A stretch of 64,000 nt of DNA from an uncultured Gammaproteobacteria bacterium (GTDB taxonomy: Bacteria > Pseudomonadota > Gammaproteobacteria > CAWCPV01). The stretch is from assembly GCA_963797555.1 (NCBI GenBank), contig CAWCPV010000004.1:736001-800000 (forward strand), given 5' to 3'. Below are positions 10,427-21,957 of this stretch, in pieces (positions within the stretch are counted from its first letter, which is position 1; the number at the start of each line of letters is the position of its first letter). A model generated the notes under the pieces. That model did not search any database. It was given only the letters and a program-made list of their open reading frames with translations, and was not told the DNA's origin. The translations under genes were made by a program, and so were the position numbers.

Positions 10427-10489
10427 GTCTGCTGGCGCATCGCAACACCGCTACACTTCGTTACAGGTAACACCCTTGGGCGGCTTGCT

Positions 10490-10831
10490 CTATTCAGACA
10501 CGGGAGGCATTACAAGAGGCCATGTTTCGGCCTGCTGCCCCTCGATCACGCGCAGAAATGGCTCCAGTTCCTGAGCCATCGCTTGTGGAAACTGTCCTCG
10601 GGCAACCCTTTCCCGCAGCCGGTCAACACGTGCCCGGCGGTCGAGGGCCGCATCTTTGAGTACCTCAAACAGCACGATCTGAAGCGTGGCGAGCTTGGCC
10701 ATCATGTTCACATTCTGTTCATGGGCAGTCGTCACGTGGCCCGAGACCTGGGCCAAGCGGTGCGTCAGTTGCGTCAACCGATCCTCGTGTGTCTTGACTA
10801 TTTCGAGTAGCTTGTTCAGCGCTCGCTCCAT
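10490..10831 (-). CDS. Hypothetical helical protein (113 aa)
   Basis: GGAG RBS before ATG 10831; coiled-coil-like sequence MERALNKLLEIVKTHEDRL. Confidence 0.55.
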   Translation of the reverse strand: MERALNKLLEIVKTHEDRLTQLTHRLAQVSGHVTTAHEQNVNMMAKLATLQIVLFEVLKDAALDRRARVDRLRERVARGQFPQAMAQELEPFLRVIEGQQAETWPLVMPPVSE

Positions 10832-11231
10832 GGTAACTCCCTTGGGGTGACCTCGCTCCGGCAACTTCCTGCCGGCTTGGAATCGAACCACCGACGAGAT
10901 GACCAGATGTCAAGCGTCGGCACCGCTCGCGAACGACAGGCGCAGGCTTCCACCTGACGCCCCAGCGCCGGCGCACCACGCTCGCGCCTATGGCCGGCGC
11001 TGGTGGCGGTACTGCTGGCCCTGTGTTGTGCCACTGAGTAGCCTGAGGAGTATCCAGGATGGGGCCGGGAAGGCCGCTCCCTGGCGCTCAGGGACGCGTT
11101 CGCCCTCGACCCAATAGGGGAGGAGCTATACCCACACCCTGTGCGGGGGGTTTCTTGGCTGGCCGGCCGGGGGGATTCTTCCGAAATTTTACCGAAGCCA
11201 CCCTTCGTTTTTCGTAAGTCATTGTCTTATT

Positions 11232-11307
11232 TGGCGCTCCCTACCGGACTCGAACCGGTGTTACCGCCGTGAGAGGGCGGCGTCCTAGGCCGCTAGACGA
11301 AGGGAGC
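11232..11307 (-). tRNA. tRNA-Glu (CUC)
   Basis: Minus strand gctcccttcgtctagcggcctaggacgccgccctCTCacggcggtaacaccggttcgagtccggtagggagcgcca; cloverleaf with encoded CCA. Confidence 0.96.
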
Positions 11308-11352
11308 ATGTTGGGGGGCCGCCCGCCTGGGTCCGCCCCGCAACGCGATGCT

Positions 11353-11380
11353 ATTATAGCGCGAGTCCTATTCAGCTCAA
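11353..11380 (-). promoter_or_regulatory. Sigma70-like promoter for tRNA-Glu
   Basis: TTGAGC-16 nt-TATAAT on the minus strand upstream of the tRNA. Confidence 0.55.
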
Positions 11381-12694
11381 GTGAACAGGGTGGAACCGCT
11401 GCCAAGCAACCACGATCCGATCGTCATTCCTCGCTCCGAACACCTGATATCCCGGTCGAACATCAGCGAAGGTGCGCTCAAGGTCCTATACCGCCTCAAG
11501 GGCGGCGGTTACCACGCCTATCTGGTGGGCGGCTGCGTGCGCGATCTGTTGTTGGGACGAGAGCCCAAGGACTTCGACGTAGCCACGGACGCCACTCCGG
11601 AACAGGTCAAAGCGCTGTTCCGCGGCTGCCTGTTGATCGGAAGGCGCTTCCGGCTGGCCCATGTGCGGCAGGGACGAGAAGTTATCGAGGTCGCGACCTT
11701 CAGGGCGGGTCTCGGCACCGAGGACGGCGAAGGCCAGGTCGCGCCGAACGGGCGCATCCTCAGCGACAACGTCTACGGGACTCTAGAGGAAGATGCCTGG
11801 CGCCGGGACTTCACGGTCAATGCCCTGTACTACAACATCCGTGACTTTTCGGTCGTGGACTATGTGGGTGGCATGCAGGACCTCAAGGCTGGCGCGTTGC
11901 GCCTCATCGGCGACCCGCAACGCCGCTACCGTGAAGATCCGGTGCGGATGCTGCGGGCTGTGCGTTTCGCAGCCCGACTCGGTTTCCGGCTGCACCCGCA
12001 GACGGAAGCGCCGCTCGCGGATCTTGGGCATTTGCTGGCGGACGTGCCGCCCGCCCGGCTGTTCGAGGAGGCCCTGAAGCTCTTCCTGGGAGGCTTCGCG
12101 GTTCAGGCATACGAGCTGCTGCGCCAGTATGCGTTGTTCGGGTACCTGTTCCCCATGACCGAGCAGTCCCTGTCCCATGAAGAAGGCGGTTTTCCTCACA
12201 CACTAGTCACCCGAGCGCTGGCCAACACGGACGCCCGGGTCGGGGTGGGCAATCCGGTTACGCCCGCCTTCCTGTTCGCGGCGATGCTTTGGGAACCGGT
12301 CCGGGAACGCCTGTCCTTCCACCGTGAACGCGACAAGAGTGATGCCGAGGCACTGCGACTCGCGGTGTCCGAGGCTCTGATGCAGCAGCGGCACCGGATC
12401 GCCATCCCGCGGCGCATCGCGTTGGTGGCCCAAGAGATTTGGAGTCTGCAACCGCGCTTCCTGTACCGCGCGGGGCGACGGCCGGGACGGCTGCTTGCCC
12501 ACCCACGGTTCCGGGCGGGTTACGATTTTCTAATGCTGCGCGTCGAGTGTGGGGAGGAAGCCGAGGAGGTTGGGCAGTGGTGGACCCAGTTCCAGGAGGC
12601 CACCGAGGAAAAGCGGAGCGCGATGACTCGGGGGGAGCGGGCCGCGGGGCGCCGCCGACGCCGTCCGCGCCGCACCGCCAACACTGCGGGTTAG
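11381..12694 (+). CDS. pcnB: Poly(A) polymerase I
   Basis: LVGGCVRDLLLGREPKDFDVAT, IGRRFRLAHV, RRDFTVNAL, EDPVRMLRA, Arg-rich tail. Confidence 0.96.
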   Translation: MNRVEPLPSNHDPIVIPRSEHLISRSNISEGALKVLYRLKGGGYHAYLVGGCVRDLLLGREPKDFDVATDATPEQVKALFRGCLLIGRRFRLAHVRQGREVIEVATFRAGLGTEDGEGQVAPNGRILSDNVYGTLEEDAWRRDFTVNALYYNIRDFSVVDYVGGMQDLKAGALRLIGDPQRRYREDPVRMLRAVRFAARLGFRLHPQTEAPLADLGHLLADVPPARLFEEALKLFLGGFAVQAYELLRQYALFGYLFPMTEQSLSHEEGGFPHTLVTRALANTDARVGVGNPVTPAFLFAAMLWEPVRERLSFHRERDKSDAEALRLAVSEALMQQRHRIAIPRRIALVAQEIWSLQPRFLYRAGRRPGRLLAHPRFRAGYDFLMLRVECGEEAEEVGQWWTQFQEATEEKRSAMTRGERAAGRRRRRPRRTANTAG

Positions 12695-12705
12695 GACTCC
12701 GATTC

Positions 12706-13218
12706 GTGGCGCACAACGGGAGTCCACAGAACCGGGCCTACATCGGTTTGGGCAGCAATCTTGCCGATCCGCATGCACAGATAATGCGCGCCTTGGGTGC
12801 CCTGGACCGGCTCGCGGGGACCCGTGTGGTGGCGCGCTCTGGATTGTACGTCAGTCGCCCGCTTGCGGACCTGCCGCAGCCGGACTACCTGAACGCAGTC
12901 GCGACGGTTGATACCGCCTTGGCTGCCCACCGCCTGCTTCATGAGATGCAGCGCATCGAGCGCGAGCAGGGGCGCGTCCCGGGCGGCGAACGATGGGCTG
13001 CTCGAACCATCGACCTCGATCTCTTGATCTACGGCCAGTCCGTGATCCGATCGGCTTCACTCAGCGTGCCTCACCCGGGACTGTCGCAGCGGGACTTCGT
13101 GCTGCAACCGTTGGCGGAGCTGGCCCCGGACCTCGAGGTCCCGTCACTGGGCAAGGTGCATTCTCTGCTCGAGTCGTGTCCCCGGCGCGGCCTGAGGCGC
13201 ATCGAGGCGTCACGGTGA
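12706..13218 (+). CDS. folK: 2-amino-4-hydroxy-6-hydroxymethyldihydropteridine diphosphokinase
   Basis: AYIGLGSNL, YLNAV, RTIDLDLL, PHP motifs; follows pcnB. Confidence 0.93.
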   Translation: MAHNGSPQNRAYIGLGSNLADPHAQIMRALGALDRLAGTRVVARSGLYVSRPLADLPQPDYLNAVATVDTALAAHRLLHEMQRIEREQGRVPGGERWAARTIDLDLLIYGQSVIRSASLSVPHPGLSQRDFVLQPLAELAPDLEVPSLGKVHSLLESCPRRGLRRIEASR

Positions 13219-13877
13219 GCGGACAAGACCGGCAGTACATCGTGGTCGAAGGGCCTATCGGCGTGGGTAAGACGACACTGGCCCGCCGCCTCGCCCAGAG
13301 CCTGGCTGGGGAGGCCCTGCTCGAGCGGGCGGAGGATAACCCGTTCTTGGAGCGCTTCTACCAAGATCCGCGCGTGGCGGCTCTGCCCACGCAGCTCTAC
13401 TTCTTGTTCCAAAGGTCGCGCCAGTTGGCGGCTCTGCGTCAGGGAGATCTGTTTCGGTCCTCGGTGGTGAGCGACTTCATGATGGAAAAGGACCGCTTGT
13501 TCGCCCGGCTGACCTTGGACGAGGACGAGTTTCGCCTCTATGAACAGATTTATGGCTATGTGGCGGTACAGGTGCCTCCCCCCGATCTGGTGGTCTACCT
13601 GCAAGCTCCCGTGCGCGTTCTGCAGGAACGTATCGCGGGAAGGGGTGCCGCCTGGGAGCGGAACATCCCCGCGGGCTACCTCGAACGATTGACGCAGGCG
13701 TACCTCGAGTTCTTCCAGCACTACGAGTCGGCGCCGTTGCTCATCGTGAACGCCGCCGAGGTCGACCTTGCGCACTCCGACACCGATTATGGTTTCTTGC
13801 TGGACCAAATGGAGACCCTGCGCGGCGGCCGCCACTATCTCAACCCAGAGCCTTCCCTCGCTCCATGGGGCGCATAA
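13215..13877 (+). CDS. Deoxynucleoside kinase family protein
   Basis: VEGPIGVGKTT P-loop, NPFLERFY, PDLVVYLQA. Confidence 0.9.
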   Translation: MSGQDRQYIVVEGPIGVGKTTLARRLAQSLAGEALLERAEDNPFLERFYQDPRVAALPTQLYFLFQRSRQLAALRQGDLFRSSVVSDFMMEKDRLFARLTLDEDEFRLYEQIYGYVAVQVPPPDLVVYLQAPVRVLQERIAGRGAAWERNIPAGYLERLTQAYLEFFQHYESAPLLIVNAAEVDLAHSDTDYGFLLDQMETLRGGRHYLNPEPSLAPWGA

Positions 13878-14656
13878 CCCTGTCGACCTTGCGAGAGATG
13901 AAAGCGGCGGGGGACAAGATCGCCTGCTTGACGGCCTATGATGCCAGCTTCGCGGGGCTGATGGAGGCTGCAGGGGTAGAAGTCCTGCTGGTCGGCGACT
14001 CCCTCGGGATGGTCATCCAGGGTCACGACAGCACCTTGCCGGTGACGCTCGCTGACATGATCTACCATACCCGCTGCGTGCGCCGCGGGTGTCGCAATGC
14101 TTTCCTCGTGGCGGACCTTCCTTTCATGAGCTACGCGACGGTGGCACAGTCGCTCGGCAACGCAGCCCGGCTGCTGCGCGACGGCGGGGCTCACATGGTC
14201 AAGCTGGAAGGGCCGCGGCCGGAGGTGGTGCGGGCCTTGACCCGTCAGGGTATCCCGGTGTGCGGACATCTGGGGCTGCTCCCACAATCGGTGCACAAGC
14301 TCGGGGGTTACCGTGTCCAGGGGCGCGAAGCGGCCTCGGCCGAAACACTGCTTTCCGACGCCGAGGTCCTGCAGGGCGAGGGTGCCGACCTCATGGTGCT
14401 GGAATGTGTTCCGCGCGACCTGGCCGCGCGGGTCACCAGGCGTCTGCGAATACCGGTCATCGGCATTGGTGCTGGGGCCGACTGCGACGGCCAGGTGCTG
14501 GTCTGCTACGACGCGCTCGGCGTAAGTGCCGGTAGGCTGCCGCGTTTCGCGAGGAACTTCCTGCAGGGCGTCCCGAGTGTCGAGGCTGCGGTGTGCAGCT
14601 ACGTCCAGGCAATCAAAGCCGGGGCCTTCCCGGGCACCGAGAACGGCTACGACTGA
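13865..14656 (+). CDS. panB: 3-methyl-2-oxobutanoate hydroxymethyltransferase
   Basis: LTAYDA, LVGDSLGM, GHLGLLPQS, IGIGAG, DGQVLV. Confidence 0.97.
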   Translation: MGRITLSTLREMKAAGDKIACLTAYDASFAGLMEAAGVEVLLVGDSLGMVIQGHDSTLPVTLADMIYHTRCVRRGCRNAFLVADLPFMSYATVAQSLGNAARLLRDGGAHMVKLEGPRPEVVRALTRQGIPVCGHLGLLPQSVHKLGGYRVQGREAASAETLLSDAEVLQGEGADLMVLECVPRDLAARVTRRLRIPVIGIGAGADCDGQVLVCYDALGVSAGRLPRFARNFLQGVPSVEAAVCSYVQAIKAGAFPGTENGYD

Positions 14657-15516
14657 TGCGCACTCTGTCCACGGTGCCCGCTGTGCGCAGCGCGGTTCGC
14701 GAGTGGCGCGCCCGCGGCGAGAGTATCGGGCTCGTCGCGACCATGGGCAATCTCCACCGCGGGCACATGCGGCTGGTAGATGAGGCCCGTCAGCGAGTGC
14801 GGCGGCTCGCGGTCAGCATCTTCGTCAACCCCATGCAGTTCGGTCCCCAGGACGATCTCGCGAGCTATCCGCGTACCTTGGCGCAGGACAGCGCACTGCT
14901 CGCCGAACGGAAGGTCGATATCCTGTTCGCGCCGACGGTCGAGGAAATGTACCCCGACGGTATGGAACAGAGCAGTCGCGTCGAGGTTCCGGGGCTGTCC
15001 GACATCTTGTGTGGCCTGCATCGGCCCGGCCACTTCGTCGGCGTCGCTACGGTGGTGACGAAGCTGTTCAACATAGTGCAGCCGGATCTGGCATGGTTCG
15101 GCGAGAAGGATTACCAACAGTTGCTGGTCATTCGGAAGTTGGCGGGTGACCTGAGCATGCCGGTGGACGTTATCGGCGTGCCCACGGTACGGGAGGCGGA
15201 TGGGCTCGCGCTCAGCTCGCGCAACAGCTACCTCACGCCGGACGAGCGCCGCACGGCCCCGCGGTTGTGGGCGAGCCTGCACCAAGCCGCGTTGCGCCTG
15301 CAGGGAGGCGACAAGACATTCGGCGTCTTGGAGGAGGAGGGGAGACGCACCCTGATCGCGGGCGGTCTGCGTCCGGACTACTTCGTTATCCGCAATGCCG
15401 AGAGTCTGGCCCCTGCCGGTCGGGAGGACGCGTCCCTGGTGGTCATGGCCGCGGCCTGGCTCGGCAAGGCGCGACTCATCGACAGCTCCCGCGTGGAGCT
15501 CGAGGCGCTCCGGTAG
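14656..15516 (+). CDS. panC: Pantoate-beta-alanine ligase
   Basis: [40 protein letters not shown]. Confidence 0.97.
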   Translation: MRTLSTVPAVRSAVREWRARGESIGLVATMGNLHRGHMRLVDEARQRVRRLAVSIFVNPMQFGPQDDLASYPRTLAQDSALLAERKVDILFAPTVEEMYPDGMEQSSRVEVPGLSDILCGLHRPGHFVGVATVVTKLFNIVQPDLAWFGEKDYQQLLVIRKLAGDLSMPVDVIGVPTVREADGLALSSRNSYLTPDERRTAPRLWASLHQAALRLQGGDKTFGVLEEEGRRTLIAGGLRPDYFVIRNAESLAPAGREDASLVVMAAAWLGKARLIDSSRVELEALR

Positions 15517-15602
15517 CCCTCCGCGGCTCCTCTGCTACAATACGGGTCCGTGCAGGGAATTCGGGGCAGTCCGCAACTCCTACCGACTCGTCACAGCCAG
15601 CC

Positions 15603-15974
15603 ATGTATCTGACACTGCTCAAAGCCAAGCTCCACCATGCGCGCGTGACCCAGTCCGAGCTGGAATACGAAGGCTCTTGCGCCATAGACGGCGACCTGCT
15701 CGACGCGGCCCGCATCCGCGAGTACGAGCAGATTCATATTTACAACCTGAACAACGGCGAGCGGTTCATTACCTACGCCATCCGTGCGCCGGGGGGCTCC
15801 GGAGTCATCTCGGTCAACGGAGCGGCGGCACGCAAGGCGAGTCCCGGAGACCGCATCATCATCTGCAGCTACACCATGCTGGCTGTGGAGGAGGCCGCTG
15901 GCTTCCAGCCTACTCTGGTGCATCTGGATGAACAAAACCGCGTGATCCGCGATCGGCTGACGCTCTCGGCCTGA
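15603..15974 (+). CDS. panD: Aspartate 1-decarboxylase
   Basis: [28 protein letters not shown]; extended -10-like TGCTACAAT at 15533-15541. Confidence 0.96.
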   Translation: MYLTLLKAKLHHARVTQSELEYEGSCAIDGDLLDAARIREYEQIHIYNLNNGERFITYAIRAPGGSGVISVNGAAARKASPGDRIIICSYTMLAVEEAAGFQPTLVHLDEQNRVIRDRLTLSA

Positions 15975-16029
15975 GCGGTGTGCGCGCGGCAGCGTGCCAG
16001 GCACTGTTCCTGGCTCGGCGCGAGCATGC

Positions 16030-18883
16030 TCAGCCGGTGTTGCGCATGCCTGCGGAGATGGCGTTGATCGAGCGCAGCAGCGGATCCAGCCAGACATCCC
16101 GCTCGCCGTTGCCCAACGTAGGGTCGCGATAGCGCTTCAGGAGGGCGATCTGGATGTGATTGAGGGGCTCCAGATAGGGGTTGCGACGCATCAGGGAGAG
16201 CGCGAGAGGTCGACTTTCCTCCAGCAGGGCGAAGGCGGACACGACGCTTAGCACCTGATGCACGGTGCGGCGGAATTCGTCGCGAATCATTCGGAAGACG
16301 TGCCGCCCCAGCTCCTTGTCGCGGCAGAGCCAGGCGTACTCCTCGGCAATGCCCGCATCGGCCTTGTACAGGGACATTTGGGTGTTGCTGAGCAAGGCCC
16401 TGAAGAACGGCCACTGGTGGTACATCAACTGCAGCTTGGCCAGCCGCAACGCATCATCCCGGCGCCACTGCTCCAGTGCCGTTCCGATGCCGTACCAGGC
16501 CGGCAGCGTGTGGCGCGCCTGCGCCCAGGCGAAGACCCACGGAATGGCCCGGATAGACGTCTTGGAACGATCGGCCTGGGCGCGGTGCGTGGGGCGCGAA
16601 CCGATGTTGAGCAACGCGATCTCGTGGATCGGTGTCGCCTCGTAGAAGTAATCGAGGATGCCCGGTGTGCGTTCGGTGAGATCCCTGTAGGCAGCCTCAC
16701 CCAGCGCAGCGAGTTCGTCCATGATTCCCAACAAGTCGCGGTGCTCGGCGGGTACTGGGCGTATCACGCTCAGGCTTGCCTTGATGAGGCCGGTCATCCC
16801 CATGGTCAGCTCATACACTGCGGTCTCGGGATTGCTGTATTTGTAGGACAGCACTTCCCCCTGCTCGGTGAACTTGATTTGGCCGTGCACGGTTCCTGGC
16901 GGCTGGGCGAGGATGGACTCGTGCGTGGGACCGCCGCCGCGCCCGATGGTGCCGCCGCGTCCGTGAAACAAACGGCAGCCCACCTGGTGTGCGGCGGTGA
17001 GGGCGGTGATCTTCGTCTGAGCCTCGTAGAGGTTCCACGCCGAGGCCAGGATGCCGCCGTCCTTGGCCGAGTCCGAGTAGCCGAGCATGACCTCCTGCAG
17101 GTTCCCGGATGCTTTGAGCAATGCCACATAGGTCGGGTGGTCGAGAAGAGCGCCGAGCACCCGCTCGACGTGCTCGAGGTCCTCGATAGTCTCGAAGAGC
17201 GGCGCCACCCGGATGCGGCAGAACCAGCCTGCGTCGTCTCTGCCCGCCAAGCCAGCGAAAGCGGCGAGCAGCATGACCTCCATGACGTGGCTGGCGGCGT
17301 GAGTCATGGATATCACGTAGCTGCCGAAAGCGTCCTCCCCAAGCTCCTGACGGGCCTGGGCCATGACTTCGAGGACCGCGAGCGTCTCGCGCGTCTCGGC
17401 GCTCAACTCACCCTTGTTCAGGCGTAAGGTCCCGGACTCTGCAATCGCCAGGGAGAGGACTCCGACACGTTCCTGCTCGGCAAGCTGCCGGTAATCGGTG
17501 CCGTGCGTCAGCCGCAGGATCTCGGCGCAGGCCTCGGTGTGGCGCGCGGAGTCCTGCCGGATGTCGAGCTGCATGAGGTGGAATCCGAAGGTCTCCACGA
17601 GACGGATGAGGTCCTTCAGCTCGGCGTCTGCAATGTGGCCGTCGCCATGGCTCTCGAGGGACTCGCGAATGAGATGCAGATCAGCTAGGAAGCTCGTCGG
17701 GCGACCGGTAACCCTGTGCGTCTTCTCCCGGCTCCGTGCCCGCCAGCCGCGCCTGAACCAGCCGCAGATTGCGCTCGAGCCGGTGACGCATGATGTAGAG
17801 CTTGCGGCGGTACGGTTCGTGGCTGAATTGCCGGGGCCTGTGGCAGAACACCTTTTCGCAAAACTTCTCGTCTCGGCTCAGGCCGTCCAGGAACGCCGCC
17901 GACGGCTGGCACAGGAGGCTGGAGTGGGTGAGGATCTGGCTCAGCCGAATCACCTCCCTGAGGTATTCCTTCAGTATCTGCTCCCCGTGCAGACGCACCG
18001 CCTGTAGAGTGACCTCCGGCGCAACGTGGGGGTTGCCGTCGCGGTCCCCGCCGGTCCAGGACCCGAAACACAGAAAGCTCGGCACGTCGATCCGCGGCTG
18101 AGGCTCCCGGCCCTGGCCGTAGATGCGGCGGACGGCCTTCTCCAGGTTCCGGTAGACGATGGGCACCGCCTGGAACAGGGATTCTCGGAAGAAGTACAAG
18201 CCGTTACGGATCTCGTCCACGACTTCGGGCCGGTGCACCCGAACCTCGTCGGTCTTCCACAACATCTGGATGTGATCCTCCAACCGCTGCGTGAGGTTCT
18301 CCCGATACTCCTTCCCAGCCCGCACCTCGTCCAGCTCTTCACTCAAGACGAAGATGCGGCGCAGCGCAGTCATGACGGTGCGACGCCTGGCCTCGGTGGG
18401 ATGTGCCGTGAATACGGGCATGTAGCACAAGCCGTTGAGCAGTCGCTGCAGATCCCCCGCTCCGATGCCCTGTTTGCGGAAGTCCCTGAGGGTCGCGTCG
18501 AACGAGCCTGTCCACAAGGGGCCACCGGCCCGCACGTAGCGTTGCCGTTCCCGGTACTGGAAAGCTTCCTCGGCGATGTTCACCAGGCTGAAGTAGGTAT
18601 TGAAAGCCCGCACCACATGCGTCAGCGTGTCGGCGTCGAGCTTTTGGATCAGCCCGCTCAGGCGCGCGCGCAGCCTGGCGTCGTCCTTGTCACGGAGCCG
18701 GATATAGCCGCGCCGCAGGGTCTCGACCGCGAGCAGCACCTTCCCCCCAGCCTGGGAGCGCAGCACGTTGCCGAGCAGCGTGCCGAGCAGCTTGACCCGC
18801 GAGCGCAGCTTCTTGTCCTTCGGGAGCAGGTACAGCGCCTGGTCCTCGATGGCGTTACGCCTGGCGGACGGTGGCTGCTGCAT
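16030..18883 (-). CDS. ppc: Phosphoenolpyruvate carboxylase (one frameshift near 17690; start approximate)
   Basis: VFTAHPTE, GGDRDGNP, VMLGYSDS, FHGRGGTIGRGG, RAIPWVF, terminal MRNTG; split across ORFs 17681-18997 and 16030-17598. Confidence 0.93.
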
Positions 18884-18950
18884 CGGTTTCATGGACCTCA
18901 TGGGGCGATCTGGGGGGGCGGCAGGTCCGGGAGCGCCGCGACGGACGGCC

Positions 18951-20433
18951 TTAGCCGACGGCGGCCTGCTCGCCTCGGCGGATCGCCTGCTGGGCACGCC
19001 GATAGAGCATCAGGTAATGCCACGCAGCCACCTCCCAGCTGAAGTCCTGGGCCATGCCGGTTTCGATGAGCTGGCGCCACAGTGCGGGTTGGCGGTAGAG
19101 GCCGACCGAGCGGCGGACCGCGCGCAGCAGCGCGCCTGCGTCCGGCTCCTCGAATACGACGCCGTTGGCGACGCCGGCCGCGAGATGGTCCTCCGTGGCA
19201 TCCACCACCGTGTCATTCAAGCCACCGGTGCGCCGCACCACGGGAACGGTGCCGTAGCGCAGGCTGTACATTTGATTGAGCCCGCATGGCTCGAAACGAG
19301 ACGGCATCAGCAGCATATCCGCGCCGGCCTCGATGAGATGTGCCAGCCCCTCGTCGAACCCGATATGAGCCGCGACGCGGTCCGGATAGCTGCGTACGGC
19401 GTCACGAACGGCATCCTCGTAACGGGCTTCGCCGCTGCCCAGGATTACGCACTGCACCCTCTCGTGCATCAGCTCGGGGAGGACCGCCAATAGCAGGTCG
19501 GGGCCCTTCTGCTCCACGAGACGGCCGATCATTCCCAGCAGGGGTGCGTCCGGCTTGGGCGGGAGACCGACCCGTGCTTGCAGGGCCTGCTTGTTCACGG
19601 CCTTGCCATCGAGATGATGCCGATCGTAGGTGGCGGCGAGCCATGGATCGTGGGCAGGGTTCCAGAGGGAGGAATCGATGCCGTTGAGTATACCCGAGAG
19701 CTGGGCCGATCGATGGCGTAGCAAACCCTCCAACCCGTACCCGAGGGCCGGCGTCAGGATCTCCCGTGCATAGGTCGGGCTGACGGTACTGAGCAGGTCG
19801 GCGAACACCAGCCCACCCTTCATGAACGAGAGTCGCCCGTAGAATTCCATTGCGTCAGGGGACCACAAGCGCGGCGGCAGCCCCAGGCTCCGAAACGTGT
19901 CCTGGGGGAAGAGCCCCTGGTACGCCAAGTTGTGGATGGTGTAGATGGTCGCCGGACGTGCGCGCTCCTCGTCCAGTAACGCCGGGACCAGTCCGGTTTG
20001 CCAGTCGTGGCAGTGCACCACGTCGGGCTGCCAGCTCAGACCCGCCTGGTCCAGAGCCAGCGCCACGACGACCCGGGCAAAGGCGTCGAAACGCTCCGCG
20101 TTGTCCGGCCAATCTCGGCCGTCCGCACCTACGTACGGATGTCCCGGTCGATCGAAGTAGGCCGGGATATCGACCAGCAGGCACGGAACCCTGCTGCCGG
20201 GCACGATCCCTTGCAGAAGCTGCGGCGCATCCTGCAACCCCGGGATCGGAACGGTGCCGAGCGGAGTCAGGCCATGCATCCGATCCTTGGCCGCCGGGTA
20301 GGCGGGGAGCACCAGCCGGACGTTCCTGCCGAAGTCTGGCCAACGCCGCAGGCAGGCTCCCGCAGACGTCGCCCAGCCCACCGGTCTTGACCAAGGGGTG
20401 GGCCTCGCTGGCGGCGAACAGGATCTTTTGCAT
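18951..20433 (-). CDS. glgA: Glycogen synthase (frameshift near 20330)
   Basis: KTGGLGDV, HCHDWQ, TIHNLAYQG, MPSRFEPCGLNQ. Confidence 0.93.
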
Positions 20434-20658
20434 CTCGGGAGCTCCAACTGCGTGTGCGCGGAAGCACAAGTTTCGGTTTTCGGCTTGTAGGTTTCAAGCC
20501 GCCCGTGTTCTACCCCCGTCAGAGGAGACCCGCGGGCGGCGAACGCGAGGTCTGGCATTCGACCGCCAATCATCCCATAATGCGCGGCTGTGGCCCGCGG
20601 CGCGCCACGTGGACCACGCCCATCGCAGAGAGGTTCGGGAGAGAGGAGGAAGCCAGGC

Positions 20659-21930
20659 ATGAGAACTGTCCGGCCTGCGCGTTTCGTCAGCCGGCTCACG
20701 CGTGACACCTTGGCGCTCATCCTGGCCGGAGGCCGAGGTTCTCGTCTCAAGCAGCTCACTCTATGGCGCGCCAAGCCCGCGGTGCCGTTCGGTGGAAAGT
20801 TCCGAATTATCGACTTCACCCTGTCCAACTGCACCAACTCGGGGATTCGCCGCGTGGGCGTCCTGACGCAGTACAAGGCCCATTCGCTCATTCGCCACAT
20901 CCAGCAGGGCTGGGGTTTCCTGCGCGGGGAGTTCGGCGAGTTCGTGGAACTGCTCCCGGCACAGCAGCGCATCGGCACCTCCGCCTGGTATGCCGGAACG
21001 GCGGACGCCGTCTACCAGAATCTGGACATCATCAGGAACTACCAGCCCGAGTACGTGCTGATCCTGGCCGGAGACCACATCTACAAGATGGACTATGGCC
21101 CGCTACTGGCCTACCACGTGGAGCAAAATGCCGACCTCACCGTAGGCTGCGTGGAGGTCCCCGTGGATCACGCCACGGCTTTCGGCGTGATGGCGGTGGA
21201 CGACGATGGCCGCATCCTCGGCTTCGACGAGAAGCCGGCGTGTCCGAGTCCGACGCCGGGCCGTCCGGGGCTGGCGCTCGCTTCGATGGGAATCTACGTA
21301 TTCAATGCCGGATTCCTTTACGAGCAGCTCATCAAGGACTCGGACGACATCAACTCCGCGCACGACTTCGGCAAGGACGTGATTCCCGCAGTCATCGATA
21401 AGTACCGCGTATGCGCTTACCCCTTCCGCGACGTTCAGAGCGGGGAACAGGGCTATTGGCGAGACGTGGGGACGGTGGACGCATACTGGTCGGCGAACCT
21501 GGAGCTGACCGAGGTGGTGCCGCCCCTGAACCTGTACGACGCCGAGTGGCCTATCTGGACCTACCAGGAGCAACTTCCGCCCGCCAAGTTCGTATTCGAC
21601 TACGATGGCCGGCGCGGAATGGCGGTGGACTCCATGGTCTCGGGGGGCTGCATCATCTCCGGGGCCGTACTGCGCCGCTCGCTGTTGTTCTCCAATGTGC
21701 ACGTGGAGGTGAACAGCTACCTCACAGAGGCGGTGATCTTGCCCGATGTCCACATCGGCCCGCGTTGCCGCCTGCACAAGGTCGTGCTCGACAAGGGGGC
21801 CGTGATCCCGGACGGCACGGTGATCGGTTTGGACCACCAGGTCGACAGCAAGCGCTTCTATGTCAGCCCCGGGGGGGTCGTGCTGGTGACTCCGGAGATG
21901 CTCGGCCAGGAGATACATCATGTCCGTTAA
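20659..21930 (+). CDS. glgC: Glucose-1-phosphate adenylyltransferase
   Basis: [42 protein letters not shown]. Confidence 0.97.
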   Translation: MRTVRPARFVSRLTRDTLALILAGGRGSRLKQLTLWRAKPAVPFGGKFRIIDFTLSNCTNSGIRRVGVLTQYKAHSLIRHIQQGWGFLRGEFGEFVELLPAQQRIGTSAWYAGTADAVYQNLDIIRNYQPEYVLILAGDHIYKMDYGPLLAYHVEQNADLTVGCVEVPVDHATAFGVMAVDDDGRILGFDEKPACPSPTPGRPGLALASMGIYVFNAGFLYEQLIKDSDDINSAHDFGKDVIPAVIDKYRVCAYPFRDVQSGEQGYWRDVGTVDAYWSANLELTEVVPPLNLYDAEWPIWTYQEQLPPAKFVFDYDGRRGMAVDSMVSGGCIISGAVLRRSLLFSNVHVEVNSYLTEAVILPDVHIGPRCRLHKVVLDKGAVIPDGTVIGLDHQVDSKRFYVSPGGVVLVTPEMLGQEIHHVR

Positions 21931-21957
21931 CGGTTGTGGCGGCTGGAATTGCGGCCC

